Shown: positions 1 to 9,955, numbered from the stretch's first letter. The stretch: DNA of 64,000 nt from Verrucomicrobiota bacterium (GCA_039818205.1 JBCBUK010000005.1:96001-160000); one strand, 5' to 3'. Numbers and translations: made by a program. The notes: generated from the sequence alone by a model not told the origin.

Positions 1-39
1 ACATTGTTAAAGCCCGTTCTTCCGCGCACCTGGAATGCA

Positions 40-1704
40 TCATTCGTTACTTTCGACGATTGTGAGAATTCGGGGAAACTCATCATCCGTATCGCCAATC
101 TGTTCCCGCTGCGCTGCCAGCTCTCTTTTCAGCGACGCAATGACATCCTTGTACTCAGGATCATCATATCTGTTATGGTTCTCCGCGGGGTCGCGCTCTA
201 GATCGTAGAATTCCCACGCGACCGGCGTATCCAGTCCAAAGCGATTTCCTCCATACTGAGCCACAACCTTCTTGTTATGCACATCCTTGAAATCTGACCC
301 GTAATAGAAGATGAGCTTGTAACGCTTGGTTCGGATGCCGAAATGCGCCGGAATATAGTGGTGCGCCATGTGCATCCAGTAGCGGTAGTAGGTCGACGTC
401 CTCCAGTCCTCCGGTTCCGGCTGTCCCTTCAACGCGCCAACCACACTGTGCCCCTGCATATAATCCGGACGCCCTACCCCCGCAAGTTCCAGCAGGGTCG
501 GCGCAAAGTCGGTGTTATTGATCAGCCAGTCATTTCGCGCCCCTGCCTTGACCATTGGCGGATAGTGGATGATCAAGGGCATGTGAATGGACTCTTCGTA
601 CATCCAGCGCTTGTCGATAAAATCATGTTCGCCCAGACACATTCCCTGGTCACTGGTGTATATGATCACAGTGTTGTCCATTAGATCATTCTGCTGCAGG
701 TAATTGAGCAGGCGCTGAAGGTTGTCATCAATGCCTTTAACGCAGCGTAGATATTTTTTCAGATAAAGCTGGTAGGTGAGATGAGTCCTTTCCTTATCCG
801 ACAACTCGCGACCATCGACCATTCTGTCGATTTGCTTTGCCCATCGTTTGCCATAGCTCTTTTTAGTGCGGCTCGAGACAGTGGAACCAATCTGGCTCCC
901 CCGAGAGCCGACCGAACCAAAGTTTGGACCTGGCTGATCATAAAGATTACTCGGCTCGGGAATCTCAACATCGGCCAAGTAGCCTTCGTAACGCCGAGCA
1001 TACTCAAACATATCATGCGGAGCCTTAAAGTGCTGCATGAGAAAAAACGGCTTCGACTTATCGCGCCCGTTTTCCAGCCACTCCAGGGAAAGGTCCGTGA
1101 TCACGTCGGAGGAATGCCCTTTCATATGAACGACGGGAACTGATTTGGTCAGAGTGCTGTCGAATCGAATGCGTTCCGGCGTTCCACCTTCGCTGACATG
1201 TATGATCGGATCATAGTATTTTCCTTGTCCGGCCAACACTGCGTAATAGTCGAAATAGGCTGGATCTTGCTTCAGATGCCACTTACCGACGACCGCCGTA
1301 GCATAGCCTGCCTGCTGCATCTCCCGAGAAAGGTGACTCTTTTCGCCCGGCAACGAATCATACAGGTCGAACACCTTGTTGCGGTGAGAATACTGCCCGG
1401 TCATAATTGAAGCGCGGCTCGGCGTGCAAATCGAGTTCACGCAGAATACATTTTCAAAAACCATTCCCGCAGACGCCAAGCGATCCAGATTGGGTGTCGG
1501 ATTCAGCTGCGCCAGCCGTTTCCCATAAGCACCAACCGCAGCGGTCGCATGGTCGTCACACATGATAAACAGAATATTCGGCTTACCTTTCGCGGATGCC
1601 TCATGGATGGACTGATCCGCTGCATGCGAGGCGGACAAAGTTGCGACTAGGCAACATAAAAAAACAGACACCAAGCGGGAGCAAAGGTTGTGGGGGTTAA
1701 TCAT
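40..1704 (-). CDS. Formylglycine-dependent (S1) sulfatase, secreted; resembles GlcNAc-6-sulfatase/mucin-desulfating type
   Basis: PNILFIMCDDH, SICTPSRASIMTG (CxPxR), GKWHL, YTSDQG, HFGIRT, WEFYDLERDP; signal-peptide-like N-terminus. Start moved from 1746 to ATG 1704. Confidence 0.93.
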   Translation of the reverse strand: MINPHNLCSRLVSVFLCCLVATLSASHAADQSIHEASAKGKPNILFIMCDDHATAAVGAYGKRLAQLNPTPNLDRLASAGMVFENVFCVNSICTPSRASIMTGQYSHRNKVFDLYDSLPGEKSHLSREMQQAGYATAVVGKWHLKQDPAYFDYYAVLAGQGKYYDPIIHVSEGGTPERIRFDSTLTKSVPVVHMKGHSSDVITDLSLEWLENGRDKSKPFFLMQHFKAPHDMFEYARRYEGYLADVEIPEPSNLYDQPGPNFGSVGSRGSQIGSTVSSRTKKSYGKRWAKQIDRMVDGRELSDKERTHLTYQLYLKKYLRCVKGIDDNLQRLLNYLQQNDLMDNTVIIYTSDQGMCLGEHDFIDKRWMYEESIHMPLIIHYPPMVKAGARNDWLINNTDFAPTLLELAGVGRPDYMQGHSVVGALKGQPEPEDWRTSTYYRYWMHMAHHYIPAHFGIRTKRYKLIFYYGSDFKDVHNKKVVAQYGGNRFGLDTPVAWEFYDLERDPAENHNRYDDPEYKDVIASLKRELAAQREQIGDTDDEFPRILTIVESNE

Positions 1705-1844
1705 ACCAAGTATTCTATAGAAACAGAAGGTTACTGTAACTCGCACCTTCCAGGTGCAAAATCATCGGTCTGTCGCCGAAAAACTGGTAACATTCATTGC
1801 GATAGTTTTCATTCATTGTCCAAAGTAACGCTAAGGGAGTGTTA

Positions 1845-3263
1845 TTAGAAGGCTCCCATCGACACTTGCTCATCACCGAGCGTCTTTTGCTGCATCATCA
1901 GAATTTTGGAAAGCCTCTCGATGACTGCTCGATTTTCAGGCAGGTCAGAAACATCCATAAGTTCGTTGGGGTCGGTCTCCAGATCGAACAACCGGAATTT
2001 GTCCACATTCGTATAGTAGATCAGCTTCCACTGGCCGTGCACAATGCAACGACTCAAGTTTTTATATCCTCCATAAATCGGAACCGTATGCCCGGACGAG
2101 CCATCACGACCCAGCGGCAGAAGGCTCTCAAACTCAATATCCGCGTAGTCCGATCGGGACTGCCCCGCGATCTCGAGTGTCGTTGGCACCACATCCTGAA
2201 TGTAGATCCGCTGTTTGCTTCGCACACCCTTGGGGATTTCAGGACCGGCAATAATGAATGGCGAAGCCAGGCTATGGTCATACATGCTCTGCTTCGCCAT
2301 GAAGCTGTGGTTACCCAAGCTAAGCCCGTGATCTGCCGTGTAGATAATCACCGTATTCTCATACAGCCCTTCTTCCTTCAGTGTATCAATGATTCGCCCC
2401 AACTGAGTATCCAGATGACTGATCAACGCATAGTATTCACGACGGTGAGTTTTGATGGCAAATTCTGTGCGCGGTCGCGGTGCCATCCTTTCGGCTCGTA
2501 CATTCCAAACCCCAATCTGATTCGTGTAGGGATAGCTTTCCATAAAGCTATGCGGCAGCGGAACGGATTCAACTGGATATCGATCGAGATATGATTGAGG
2601 CGACTGGCGGGGATCGTGTGGTGCATTGAAAGCCACATAGGCAAAGAACGGTTTGCCATCATTGTCCCTGCCATAGTTTTGCAGGAATTCAATCGTCTCA
2701 TCAGCAGTGACAACGGACCAGTGTTTCCCGCCTTCCCAGTAGCCTTCCAGCATTAGGTCACTCGCGGACCAACGATCAGCCACTCCTTCAATCGGACGAT
2801 TATGGTCTCCGTCCGTGCTCGGCATCCCAGGCCGAATGGTGCCACAGAACTCAAAAAGCTGTTCCGGATCGTATCCTTTCACGTGCCATTTGCCTGCGAA
2901 AAAAGTCCGATACCCAGCACTTTGAAGACGTTGCGACCAGGACTTGTGCTTGAGGAGTTGATTGCCTTTTTGCAGCCGTTTTGCGTTCCAGAGCGAACGT
3001 CCGGTATTCAACATGGTTCTACTGGCGACACAAACAGCACCGCTCCAAGACCCCATATTGTAGGCCCGCTCAAAGTAGACCCCGGTAGAGGCGAGCGTAT
3101 CCATCGTTGGTGTTTGGACATAGCCATCGGTCATTAAACCGATCGAGTCGTAGGCATGATCGTCCGCAAAAAGAAAGAGGATATTGTATCGCTCGGCAGC
3201 ACTGAGCCCAACCGGACTCAAAACTACTGAGAACAATATGGCTATCAAGCGTCCGTTCTTCAT
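1845..3263 (-). CDS. S1 sulfatase (choline-sulfatase-like, CxAxR motif), secreted
   Basis: NILFLFADDH, CVASRTMLNTG, GKWH, APHDP, YTADHG, LFDLETDPNE; N-terminal signal peptide. Confidence 0.92.
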   Translation of the reverse strand: MKNGRLIAILFSVVLSPVGLSAAERYNILFLFADDHAYDSIGLMTDGYVQTPTMDTLASTGVYFERAYNMGSWSGAVCVASRTMLNTGRSLWNAKRLQKGNQLLKHKSWSQRLQSAGYRTFFAGKWHVKGYDPEQLFEFCGTIRPGMPSTDGDHNRPIEGVADRWSASDLMLEGYWEGGKHWSVVTADETIEFLQNYGRDNDGKPFFAYVAFNAPHDPRQSPQSYLDRYPVESVPLPHSFMESYPYTNQIGVWNVRAERMAPRPRTEFAIKTHRREYYALISHLDTQLGRIIDTLKEEGLYENTVIIYTADHGLSLGNHSFMAKQSMYDHSLASPFIIAGPEIPKGVRSKQRIYIQDVVPTTLEIAGQSRSDYADIEFESLLPLGRDGSSGHTVPIYGGYKNLSRCIVHGQWKLIYYTNVDKFRLFDLETDPNELMDVSDLPENRAVIERLSKILMMQQKTLGDEQVSMGAF

Positions 3264-3316
3264 CTTCTCCCGGGGGCAATCGGCTTCATTTTAGACTTTC
3301 TAGTGCGCTGGAGAGA

Positions 3317-3334
3317 TTTAGTCAATTGACTAAA
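3317..3334. promoter_or_regulatory. Perfect 18-bp palindrome, probable transcription-factor operator upstream of the sulfatase pair
   Basis: TTTAGTCAA-TTGACTAAA, 54 bp upstream of the start at 3263. Confidence 0.55.
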
Positions 3335-3603
3335 CAAACGAGCGTGGTTAGATTCTACTCGCGCGCAAACCAATCCGTTCAATGCTTTAAAACTTGGATC
3401 AGCATGGAGGTTCCTGGCCGTTATCGCCGATCTAAATAGGCTCTGTGCCTGGCGCCCCCTGGATTGTAATATTTAGTCACAAAATAATGTTGCCGAGGGA
3501 TTTACACAATCAATAGGATCAGCCTCATTCGTGTGACACCACCCAGTGTTAGAACCGCTAACAATTGCATCGTGTACCTAGACTAACCGGTTAGGGGAAG
3601 AGA

Positions 3604-3975
3604 ATGAAACTAGACCACATCCAATTGGCGATGCCAAAGGGAGAAGAAGAGAAAGCACGAAGCTTCTTCTCGGGCATCCTAGGAATGACCGAAGATGAAA
3701 AGCCATATCCTCTTAGCGAAAGGGGCGGATGCTGGTTTCGGAAAGAAGGCGCAATTCTCCACGTCGGCGTTGAGATAGAGTTTTCTCCGCAAAAAAAAGC
3801 CCACCCTGCTTTCTTAGTTTCAAACCTCAACGAACTCGAAATAAGACTGAAAGAAGAAGAATTCGAGGTAGTATGGGACGAAGCACTACCCAATCGCACA
3901 CGATTCTACTCGACCGACCCCTTCGGGAATCGAATAGAGTTTATAAAAGACGGGGACGGCTTCTCACAGAAATGA
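3604..3975 (+). CDS. Glyoxalase/VOC family protein
   Basis: LDHIQLAMP...ARSFFSGILG...CWF...LHVG...KKAHPAF...RFYSTDPFGNRIEF. Confidence 0.9.
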   Translation: MKLDHIQLAMPKGEEEKARSFFSGILGMTEDEKPYPLSERGGCWFRKEGAILHVGVEIEFSPQKKAHPAFLVSNLNELEIRLKEEEFEVVWDEALPNRTRFYSTDPFGNRIEFIKDGDGFSQK

Positions 3976-4283
3976 AAAACAAATCCAACTAGGCGGCTGC
4001 TGCAGCTTGAGAAGCGCTCCGTAACACCTCCACGCTTGAGAAGGAAACATGAAGACATTCGAGCTATTGTTCCGCTACTGCAAGAGGTGACATCAAGCGG
4101 CGTATTTGGCTGGAGGGTGACGGAAGCATGCTGCGACCTTTTTGGGTTGAATTGAGAGCATGGATACTGCGACTTTGACCTTTGCTTTTAGGTGAAGTAG
4201 TCACGACACAACCACTTCTCTCGAGGCTCCTGCGGGAATCAAATGGCCGGGCTAGTCAACAAAGCGATCGGCAGCGCCCTTCC

Positions 4284-4826
4284 CTACCACTTCATCATCG
4301 GCAACGGATTCAATGGGCGGCTCCAGAATTCCTTTCTGGCGATTCGAATAAGGTTATTGTGAAAGCCAAAGTTTGCTATGGCATCCTGAACCCGCTTCAC
4401 CTCGGCTTTAGGCAAACCGAACCGACGCATGCCCATCGTGGCGTCAACCCAATCCCCTTTTCGCATGACCTCGACCAACGGCGGAAAGTCACTTGGACAA
4501 GCCCGAAAACGATGGTGGTATTCAATCATCAGCGAGATTTCTTGCTGCCAATCATCCCGACCCGTTCGAGCCAGAAACTCCTGAGCCAACTTGATCGAAG
4601 GCGCGAGGTAATCGATCTCATCGCCAGGCCACATTCCAAGATCGTGACAGGCGGCCGCAATAGCCAGCTTTTCCCGCCCTTCGGGACTCGGCCCATGGAA
4701 CATCAAGCAAAAATTGAGCACCCGATAGACGTGGTTCTTGTAAGGCAGGACCTGCTCGCCCATGTGGTGCTGATGGCCGCCAATAATCTCCTCTACGAGA
4801 CAATCATGCTCAACAATCGAATCCAT
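4284..4826 (-). CDS. HD-domain protein
   Basis: YKNHVYRV...ACHDLG...IEYHH...KGDWVD (H...HD...HH...D pattern). ATG at 4826; track start is TTG 4832. Confidence 0.8.
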   Translation of the reverse strand: MDSIVEHDCLVEEIIGGHQHHMGEQVLPYKNHVYRVLNFCLMFHGPSPEGREKLAIAAACHDLGMWPGDEIDYLAPSIKLAQEFLARTGRDDWQQEISLMIEYHHRFRACPSDFPPLVEVMRKGDWVDATMGMRRFGLPKAEVKRVQDAIANFGFHNNLIRIARKEFWSRPLNPLPMMKW

Positions 4827-4993
4827 AAACAAACGTTACTTATTTCGTGCGAACAATGCGACCCAAAGCGCAATGTTTCGCAAACATTTGCGTAAAAACC
4901 ACATAGCTATATCCCGAGAAACCGCTATGAAGGAACGAGGATTTATAAAATTCCCAGATTGACCTGCGCTCAATTATCATTAATAAGGTGAAA

Positions 4994-5012
4994 TTGTAAT
5001 ATTTTATTACAA
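4994..5012. promoter_or_regulatory. Inverted-repeat operator-like site upstream of the surface-protein gene
   Basis: TTGTAATA-TTT-TATTACAA; a 16/19 copy (TTGTAATATTTAGTCACAA) lies at 3464-3482. Confidence 0.45.
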
Positions 5013-5026
5013 CAATTTCCCTACCA

Positions 5027-7477
5027 ATGAAGAACCTGCTACGTACCGCAACTGCGGCAATCGCGATATTCTGTACGAATATCGCACTCGCTCAACTACC
5101 AACTGTCGATCTTGGAAACGACCTCTTCGTCGAGCTTCCGGATGATTCCGTGTATCTGGATGCCGTTCCCACGGGAGATAGCCTCGATGGCCTGACCATT
5201 GATTGGTCGCTAGTCAACGGATCTCCCGTTTCAATATCGCCGGAGCCCAGCAATCCGGCTCAGGCAATCGTCACCTTTACCGAAGTCGGGAGCTACACGA
5301 TTCAATTCACTGCGAGCGACGACCTAGGAAACTCAGTGAGCGACACGATCAACATTACCCTCAGCTGGCCAGTCGTCGAAGTCGAACAAGGCGACCAGAC
5401 ATTCACCGACCTTCCGTTCAACGACATCTACCTGTCTGCACGCATCGGAACCCTGGAAGACGACCAAGGCCAAGGCGGATTCAATGAGCCAATCAACTAC
5501 AATAGCACCGGCGTCCAATGGATTCTCGTCGAGGGGCCAGGCGAAGCGATATTCACGCCATCCGAGCAGGACGCCGCCGATGGCGATATCGTTTTGACCG
5601 AGGTTGGCACCTACCAACTCGCCCTCGAGCTCTCCTTCGGCTCACAGATCTACACCGTGCCGCACACCGTCTACCTCAACTGGCCAATCGTCGAAGTTGA
5701 ACAAGGTGCGTCCAGTGCAATTACCCTGCCGGAGAACTCCATTTACCTGTCGGCCCGTGTCTCCGACTTGGAAGATCATTTGGTTCCGGGAGAGAGCGTC
5801 AACTACGGCGACATGACCGTTGCGTGGCTGAAAACTAGCGGTCCTGGCGATGTTACAGTGACGCCGTCGATGCTTGATTCTGCCGACGCAGAACTCGAGT
5901 TCTCTGCGGCGGGCGAATACGTTGTCTCGCTCGACTTAGCCTTCGGTTCACTCGTGTTCTCGACGCCACACGATGTGACCGTCAATCCCGAGCCCGGATT
6001 CACCGATGGTGACGACGATGGTTACGAAGATAGCATTGAGATCGCTCTCGGCACCGATCCAAACGATCCCAATGACAACCCAGAATGGGTGCAGATCGAC
6101 AAACTCCGTGCAATCGATGCCAATATAAGCGACAACTACGGCTTTCGCTCCGCAATCAGTGACAACTACGTCTTGATTGGCGCCAATAAGAGCGACGTGC
6201 TCGGAACCGATAGCGGGCAGGCCTACCTCTATGATTTCAACACTGGAGAGCTGCTCTTCCAGTTAGTCGGTGACAACACGGATTCAACCGATCAATTCGG
6301 TTCCTCTGTTGCCCTAACCGATCAATACGCGGTGGTTGGCGCCATGCGGGCCGACGGCGACTCCTTTCTCACAGGCGCCGCCTACGTATTCGATGTCCAA
6401 ACGGGACAACAGCTACACCGCTTGACTGCATCGGATGCTGGCTACCAAGACTATTTCGGCAACGCCGTTGCGATCAACGGTGACACGATCATCGTCGGGG
6501 CGCGCTTGAGTGATAGCATGGGAGCAGCCTACGTCTTCAGTGCATCGACCGGCCAGGAAATCGCCAAGCTCGTTTCAAGCGATATTGCCGACGATGACCG
6601 CTTTGGCCAGGCAGTCGCCATTAGTGACTCCTACGCCCTTGTTGGTGCTCATCGCGACGACGACAATGGTAGTCGCAGCGGCAGTGCTTATCTCTTTGAA
6701 ACTGACACCTGGCAAGAAACCCACAAGCTCACTGCGCCCGACGGCGCTGCGGAAGACTTCTTCGGTTTCTCGGTTGCAGTGACCGAGGAATACGCCGCAA
6801 TTGGGGCCTTCAGAGACCGCGACGACCCGAATAACAGCGGTAGCGCCTATGTCTTCGAAACAGAGACCGGCACCTTCGCTTACAAGCTCCGTGCGGATGA
6901 CACTCAACGTGTGACCAACTTCGGTATTGCAGTTGCCGCAAGTGACAACTTTCTGCTCGTCGGATCCAACTACTGGCTCGGACAGGTCTTCGTCTACACC
7001 CTGCACGATGGGCGTAAGCTTGAAAAGTTGATGGCGACCGACGCCCAATCCAGCGACAAGTTTGGCCGCAGCCTTGGCATTCAAGGGACCCGAGTAGTCG
7101 TGGGTTCTCACGAGGATGACGATGATGGTCACTCGAGTGGCAGCGCCTATCTCTACAACCTCGAGAAGTATATCAACCAAGACCCAACCGATATCATCCT
7201 GGATACGACTAATCAAAGTCAGGATCTGACGACAAATACGTTCATCGGTCATCTGTCGACAATTGATCCCGACGCTGGTGAATCGTTCTACTACACACTC
7301 ATCAGTGGCGCCGGAGGTAGCGGCAATCGCTACTTCATGGTGCCCGGTCCAAACTACGATGAATTACACATCTCACCGTTGTTCGATCTCAACAACTTAA
7401 GCGACTACTCGATTCGGGTAATCACCACAGACTCCAAAGGCGGGACTTTCGAGAAAACCTTCACCATCACGTTCTAA
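5027..7477 (+). CDS. Secreted modular surface/adhesin-like protein: PKD-like Ig repeats, Ca-binding DxDxDG motif, FG-GAP beta-propeller, C-terminal cadherin-like domain
   Basis: Signal peptide; three PKD-like units (W..V.GPG...F...G.Y...L); DGDDDGYEDSIEIALGTDPNDP; about seven FG.SVA...GA...GSAY.F repeats; C-terminal IGHLSTIDPDAGESFYYTL...SIRVITTDSKGGTFEKTFTI. Confidence 0.88.
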   Translation: MKNLLRTATAAIAIFCTNIALAQLPTVDLGNDLFVELPDDSVYLDAVPTGDSLDGLTIDWSLVNGSPVSISPEPSNPAQAIVTFTEVGSYTIQFTASDDLGNSVSDTINITLSWPVVEVEQGDQTFTDLPFNDIYLSARIGTLEDDQGQGGFNEPINYNSTGVQWILVEGPGEAIFTPSEQDAADGDIVLTEVGTYQLALELSFGSQIYTVPHTVYLNWPIVEVEQGASSAITLPENSIYLSARVSDLEDHLVPGESVNYGDMTVAWLKTSGPGDVTVTPSMLDSADAELEFSAAGEYVVSLDLAFGSLVFSTPHDVTVNPEPGFTDGDDDGYEDSIEIALGTDPNDPNDNPEWVQIDKLRAIDANISDNYGFRSAISDNYVLIGANKSDVLGTDSGQAYLYDFNTGELLFQLVGDNTDSTDQFGSSVALTDQYAVVGAMRADGDSFLTGAAYVFDVQTGQQLHRLTASDAGYQDYFGNAVAINGDTIIVGARLSDSMGAAYVFSASTGQEIAKLVSSDIADDDRFGQAVAISDSYALVGAHRDDDNGSRSGSAYLFETDTWQETHKLTAPDGAAEDFFGFSVAVTEEYAAIGAFRDRDDPNNSGSAYVFETETGTFAYKLRADDTQRVTNFGIAVAASDNFLLVGSNYWLGQVFVYTLHDGRKLEKLMATDAQSSDKFGRSLGIQGTRVVVGSHEDDDDGHSSGSAYLYNLEKYINQDPTDIILDTTNQSQDLTTNTFIGHLSTIDPDAGESFYYTLISGAGGSGNRYFMVPGPNYDELHISPLFDLNNLSDYSIRVITTDSKGGTFEKTFTITF

Positions 7478-7527
7478 GGAAGTTCGTGGCACTTAGTCTC
7501 CTCGAAACAACTCTTGAAGACTCCGAT

Positions 7528-7560
7528 GTCGCCTCCGCCGATTGCGGGGGCGACTTTTTG
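7528..7560 (+). terminator. Rho-independent terminator
   Basis: GTCGCCTCCGC-CGATT-GCGGGGGCGAC followed by TTTTT, downstream of the stop at 7477. Confidence 0.75.
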
Positions 7561-7652
7561 TTCATAAGTGCAAACGTATCGCAAAAAAGAACCGACAAGG
7601 AACCATCCCTCGCCCGTTCACCATGAATCAAAAAAGGCTCCTTCAGCAAATC

Positions 7653-8240
7653 CTACCGGCGACCGCGAATCAAAAAAGCACCGAGTAGGCATACTGCACC
7701 AAAGAGCGCACCGTAGGTCGAGGGCTCCGGGACCGTGGTAAACGAGATCCGGTAGTCAACAACGTTCGCGGAAGTCTCTTGCAACCAAAAGGAATAATTT
7801 CCGGCCGAAAGCTCTCCAGAGCCCCCGAGCAAGTTATCCAGTATTTCTCCGGAGCTTGCATTGACTAAAACGCTTCCGTCAATATCCCCTGCTGTTTGAC
7901 CACCAAAGCTGCTTCCACTGACAAAGCCAAGAAAGCTGACATTCGGGTTGCCAGGCGAAAAGGTATAGTCCTCTACAAAAATTGAAACGACGCTCAATCC
8001 TTGGGGAATCTCGACAGTAAAATAGTCTGCATCATTGCCATTAGTCGCACCGGTATCGCCATTGTTTCCAATCTGACCAGTTACATCGACGGTTACGGGG
8101 GCAAGCGGGAACGGGATCACCGTCGGAGCGCTGAAATCGCCGGAGAAATCTCCAAATCCTATTTCGGATAGCCCATGGGCCGCGGGGTTCAGAAAAACGA
8201 CCGCAGTCGCCGCAGTCAGGGAGAAAAAGTAAGGTTTCAT
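7653..8240 (-). CDS. PEP-CTERM sorting domain protein
   Basis: Signal peptide; C-terminal VPEPSTYGALFGAVCLLGAFLIRGRR (PEP, TM helix, basic tail). Confidence 0.93.
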   Translation of the reverse strand: MKPYFFSLTAATAVVFLNPAAHGLSEIGFGDFSGDFSAPTVIPFPLAPVTVDVTGQIGNNGDTGATNGNDADYFTVEIPQGLSVVSIFVEDYTFSPGNPNVSFLGFVSGSSFGGQTAGDIDGSVLVNASSGEILDNLLGGSGELSAGNYSFWLQETSANVVDYRISFTTVPEPSTYGALFGAVCLLGAFLIRGRR

Positions 8241-8332
8241 TGAAGTAGTAGATTGGGATTAAATACCGAATAAACCACTTCCAGCAATAACGCGACGATG
8301 CCGAAAACGAAAGTATATTCGAGCAACGTTCT

Positions 8333-8348
8333 TGTGACCAAGGTCACA
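8333..8348. promoter_or_regulatory. CRP/FNR-family-like palindrome upstream of the PEP-CTERM gene
   Basis: TGTGA-CCAAGG-TCACA matches TGTGA-N6-TCACA; a minus-strand TATACT lies at 8312-8317. Confidence 0.5.
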
Positions 8349-8364
8349 CCAACTGAGGCGATTT

Positions 8365-9276
8365 CTAGGCCTCGCTAGCGGTCTCGGTGACCTGGGGGCT
8401 GGACTCTTCAGGACGCTTACGCGCGTAGATTTCTTTCGGCGTAAATCCCTTTTCGCGGAAACTACGCAACGCCTCACTCTCGCTACGTTTTGCCAACCGA
8501 TTCCCGGCCGAATCGCGCACCAAAGGACAGTGAAAAAAGGCGGGTGGCTTCGTCTGCAAGGCGAGATAGATCAGCAATTGTCGAGCAGTCGAGCGCAGCA
8601 AATCCGCTCCGCGAACCACCTCCGTAACCCCCATCTCAATATCATCGACAACGACGGCGAGTTCATAGGATGGAATTCCGTCCCGTCGCCATATTAAAAA
8701 GTCACCGAAGTCACGGCCGGCGACGTAACTACGTGCTCCAAAATAGCCGTCGACAAATTTGACTGCAAGGCCGTCGGGCACGCGCATCCGCCAGTTCATA
8801 TTTCCCGGCTCATCCGCCTCCAACCCTGCCCCCGGCTCCGGACGCCAAGCTGGCGGGAAAATTGGCTCACCATCCTGCTCATCTTCATCCGGCGGTGCAT
8901 ATTGGGCCAGACCAGCCTGAGCGGCATTGGTCAGCTCCTTACGAGAGCGGGTCGTCGGATAGATAAATCCGCTTGCCTTCAGCTTTTCCCAAGCCTTCAG
9001 GTAGTGCTTTTTACGCTCGCTCTGGCGAAACGGTCCCCGTGGACCGCCAATATCAGGACCTTGGTCCCATTCGATCCCGAGCCAGCGAATGTCCTCAAGT
9101 GCGGCTTCCGAAAACTCCGGCCGGCAACGCTGCGGATCCAAATCCTCATCCCGATAAAGCAATTCGCCACCACGCTTTTGCGCACGCTTCCAGGCCACGA
9201 TGAACGTCTGCCCGTGCCCGCGATGCAGGTAACCAGTCGGCGTCGGGGCAACACGGCCTATGTAGGGACTGGACAT
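8365..9276 (-). CDS. gluQ: Glutamyl-Q tRNA(Asp) synthetase (GluRS catalytic-domain paralog)
   Basis: GRVAPTPTGYLHRGH, EDLDPQR, GDFLIWRRDG.PSYELAVVVDD, VVRGADL, RLAKR; 303 aa with no anticodon domain. Confidence 0.9.
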   Translation of the reverse strand: MSSPYIGRVAPTPTGYLHRGHGQTFIVAWKRAQKRGGELLYRDEDLDPQRCRPEFSEAALEDIRWLGIEWDQGPDIGGPRGPFRQSERKKHYLKAWEKLKASGFIYPTTRSRKELTNAAQAGLAQYAPPDEDEQDGEPIFPPAWRPEPGAGLEADEPGNMNWRMRVPDGLAVKFVDGYFGARSYVAGRDFGDFLIWRRDGIPSYELAVVVDDIEMGVTEVVRGADLLRSTARQLLIYLALQTKPPAFFHCPLVRDSAGNRLAKRSESEALRSFREKGFTPKEIYARKRPEESSPQVTETASEA

Positions 9277-9436
9277 AGCGATACGAGGAAGGTCGGAAGG
9301 TAAGGTTGGAAAAGACTCACCTAAGGTAATCGAACGAAGCCGATTCTCATTAAGCGATGATCAAAAATACTGAATGAAATTCCCTATGGCAAGGGAATAG
9401 CCCTGACACCTAATATTCGGTAAACGGGCAATTTGC

Positions 9437-9955
9437 CTACTTCTTCTCAACCTGATCTTTCCAGTCGTCAGGATTTCGGTATTTCACCGTTTGGATGTGC
9501 TCTGCATAGAGTGCTAGCTCGCCCTCCCCTTTGAAAATTTCATAACTAACACGGATCAGACCCATCTCCGCGTACTTTGGGCGTTTTTCCAGGTGGGTAC
9601 GAATCGTGTAGATCGTGTCACCGATGAACACGGGCTTGATGAAACGGAGCTTATCATACCCGTAGCTAAAGGTATTAGTGTTGTTGTTGGCCATCAAACC
9701 AAGACCATAAGAGAAAACCTGCGCCCCAGATACCAAGCGCTTACCAAACATACCCTCTTCCTTAGCGAATTTCTCGTCACCAACGTATGGATGCATGTCC
9801 AAAACGAGTGAATTGAAGAGCATCGATTCACCCTCAGAAATGGTGCGGCGAATGGAGCGTTTTTTCTCCCCGACAACAAAGTCTTCGTACATCCACGTTT
9901 CCGTGTTGTAGAGCTCTACTGAGGAGTGGTTTTCGGGAGGGGTTGATTCAGGCAT
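9437..9955 (-). CDS. MaoC-family (hotdog fold) dehydratase
   Basis: YEDFVVGE...RTISE...DMHP...FGKRLVSG...[17 protein letters not shown]. Confidence 0.88.
   Translation of the reverse strand: MPESTPPENHSSVELYNTETWMYEDFVVGEKKRSIRRTISEGESMLFNSLVLDMHPYVGDEKFAKEEGMFGKRLVSGAQVFSYGLGLMANNNTNTFSYGYDKLRFIKPVFIGDTIYTIRTHLEKRPKYAEMGLIRVSYEIFKGEGELALYAEHIQTVKYRNPDDWKDQVEKK

Noticed and set aside
1742..1758. NtrC-like dyad CGCACC-N5-GGTGCA between the sulfatases
   Set aside because: Single site with no nearby sigma-54 motif; may simply be an RNA hairpin.
1839..2594. 251-aa plus-strand ORF
   Set aside because: Antisense shadow of a sulfatase.
4049..4090. 13-codon ORF MKTFELLFRYCKR with a purine-rich upstream sequence
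   Set aside because: Too short to support without conservation or expression data.
4182..4895. 237-aa plus-strand ORF
   Set aside because: Overlaps the HD-domain gene on the opposite strand and has no protein-like features.
6100..7170. Repeated DNA segments suggesting a repeat array
   Set aside because: These are degenerate FG-GAP coding repeats, not CRISPR or non-coding repeats.
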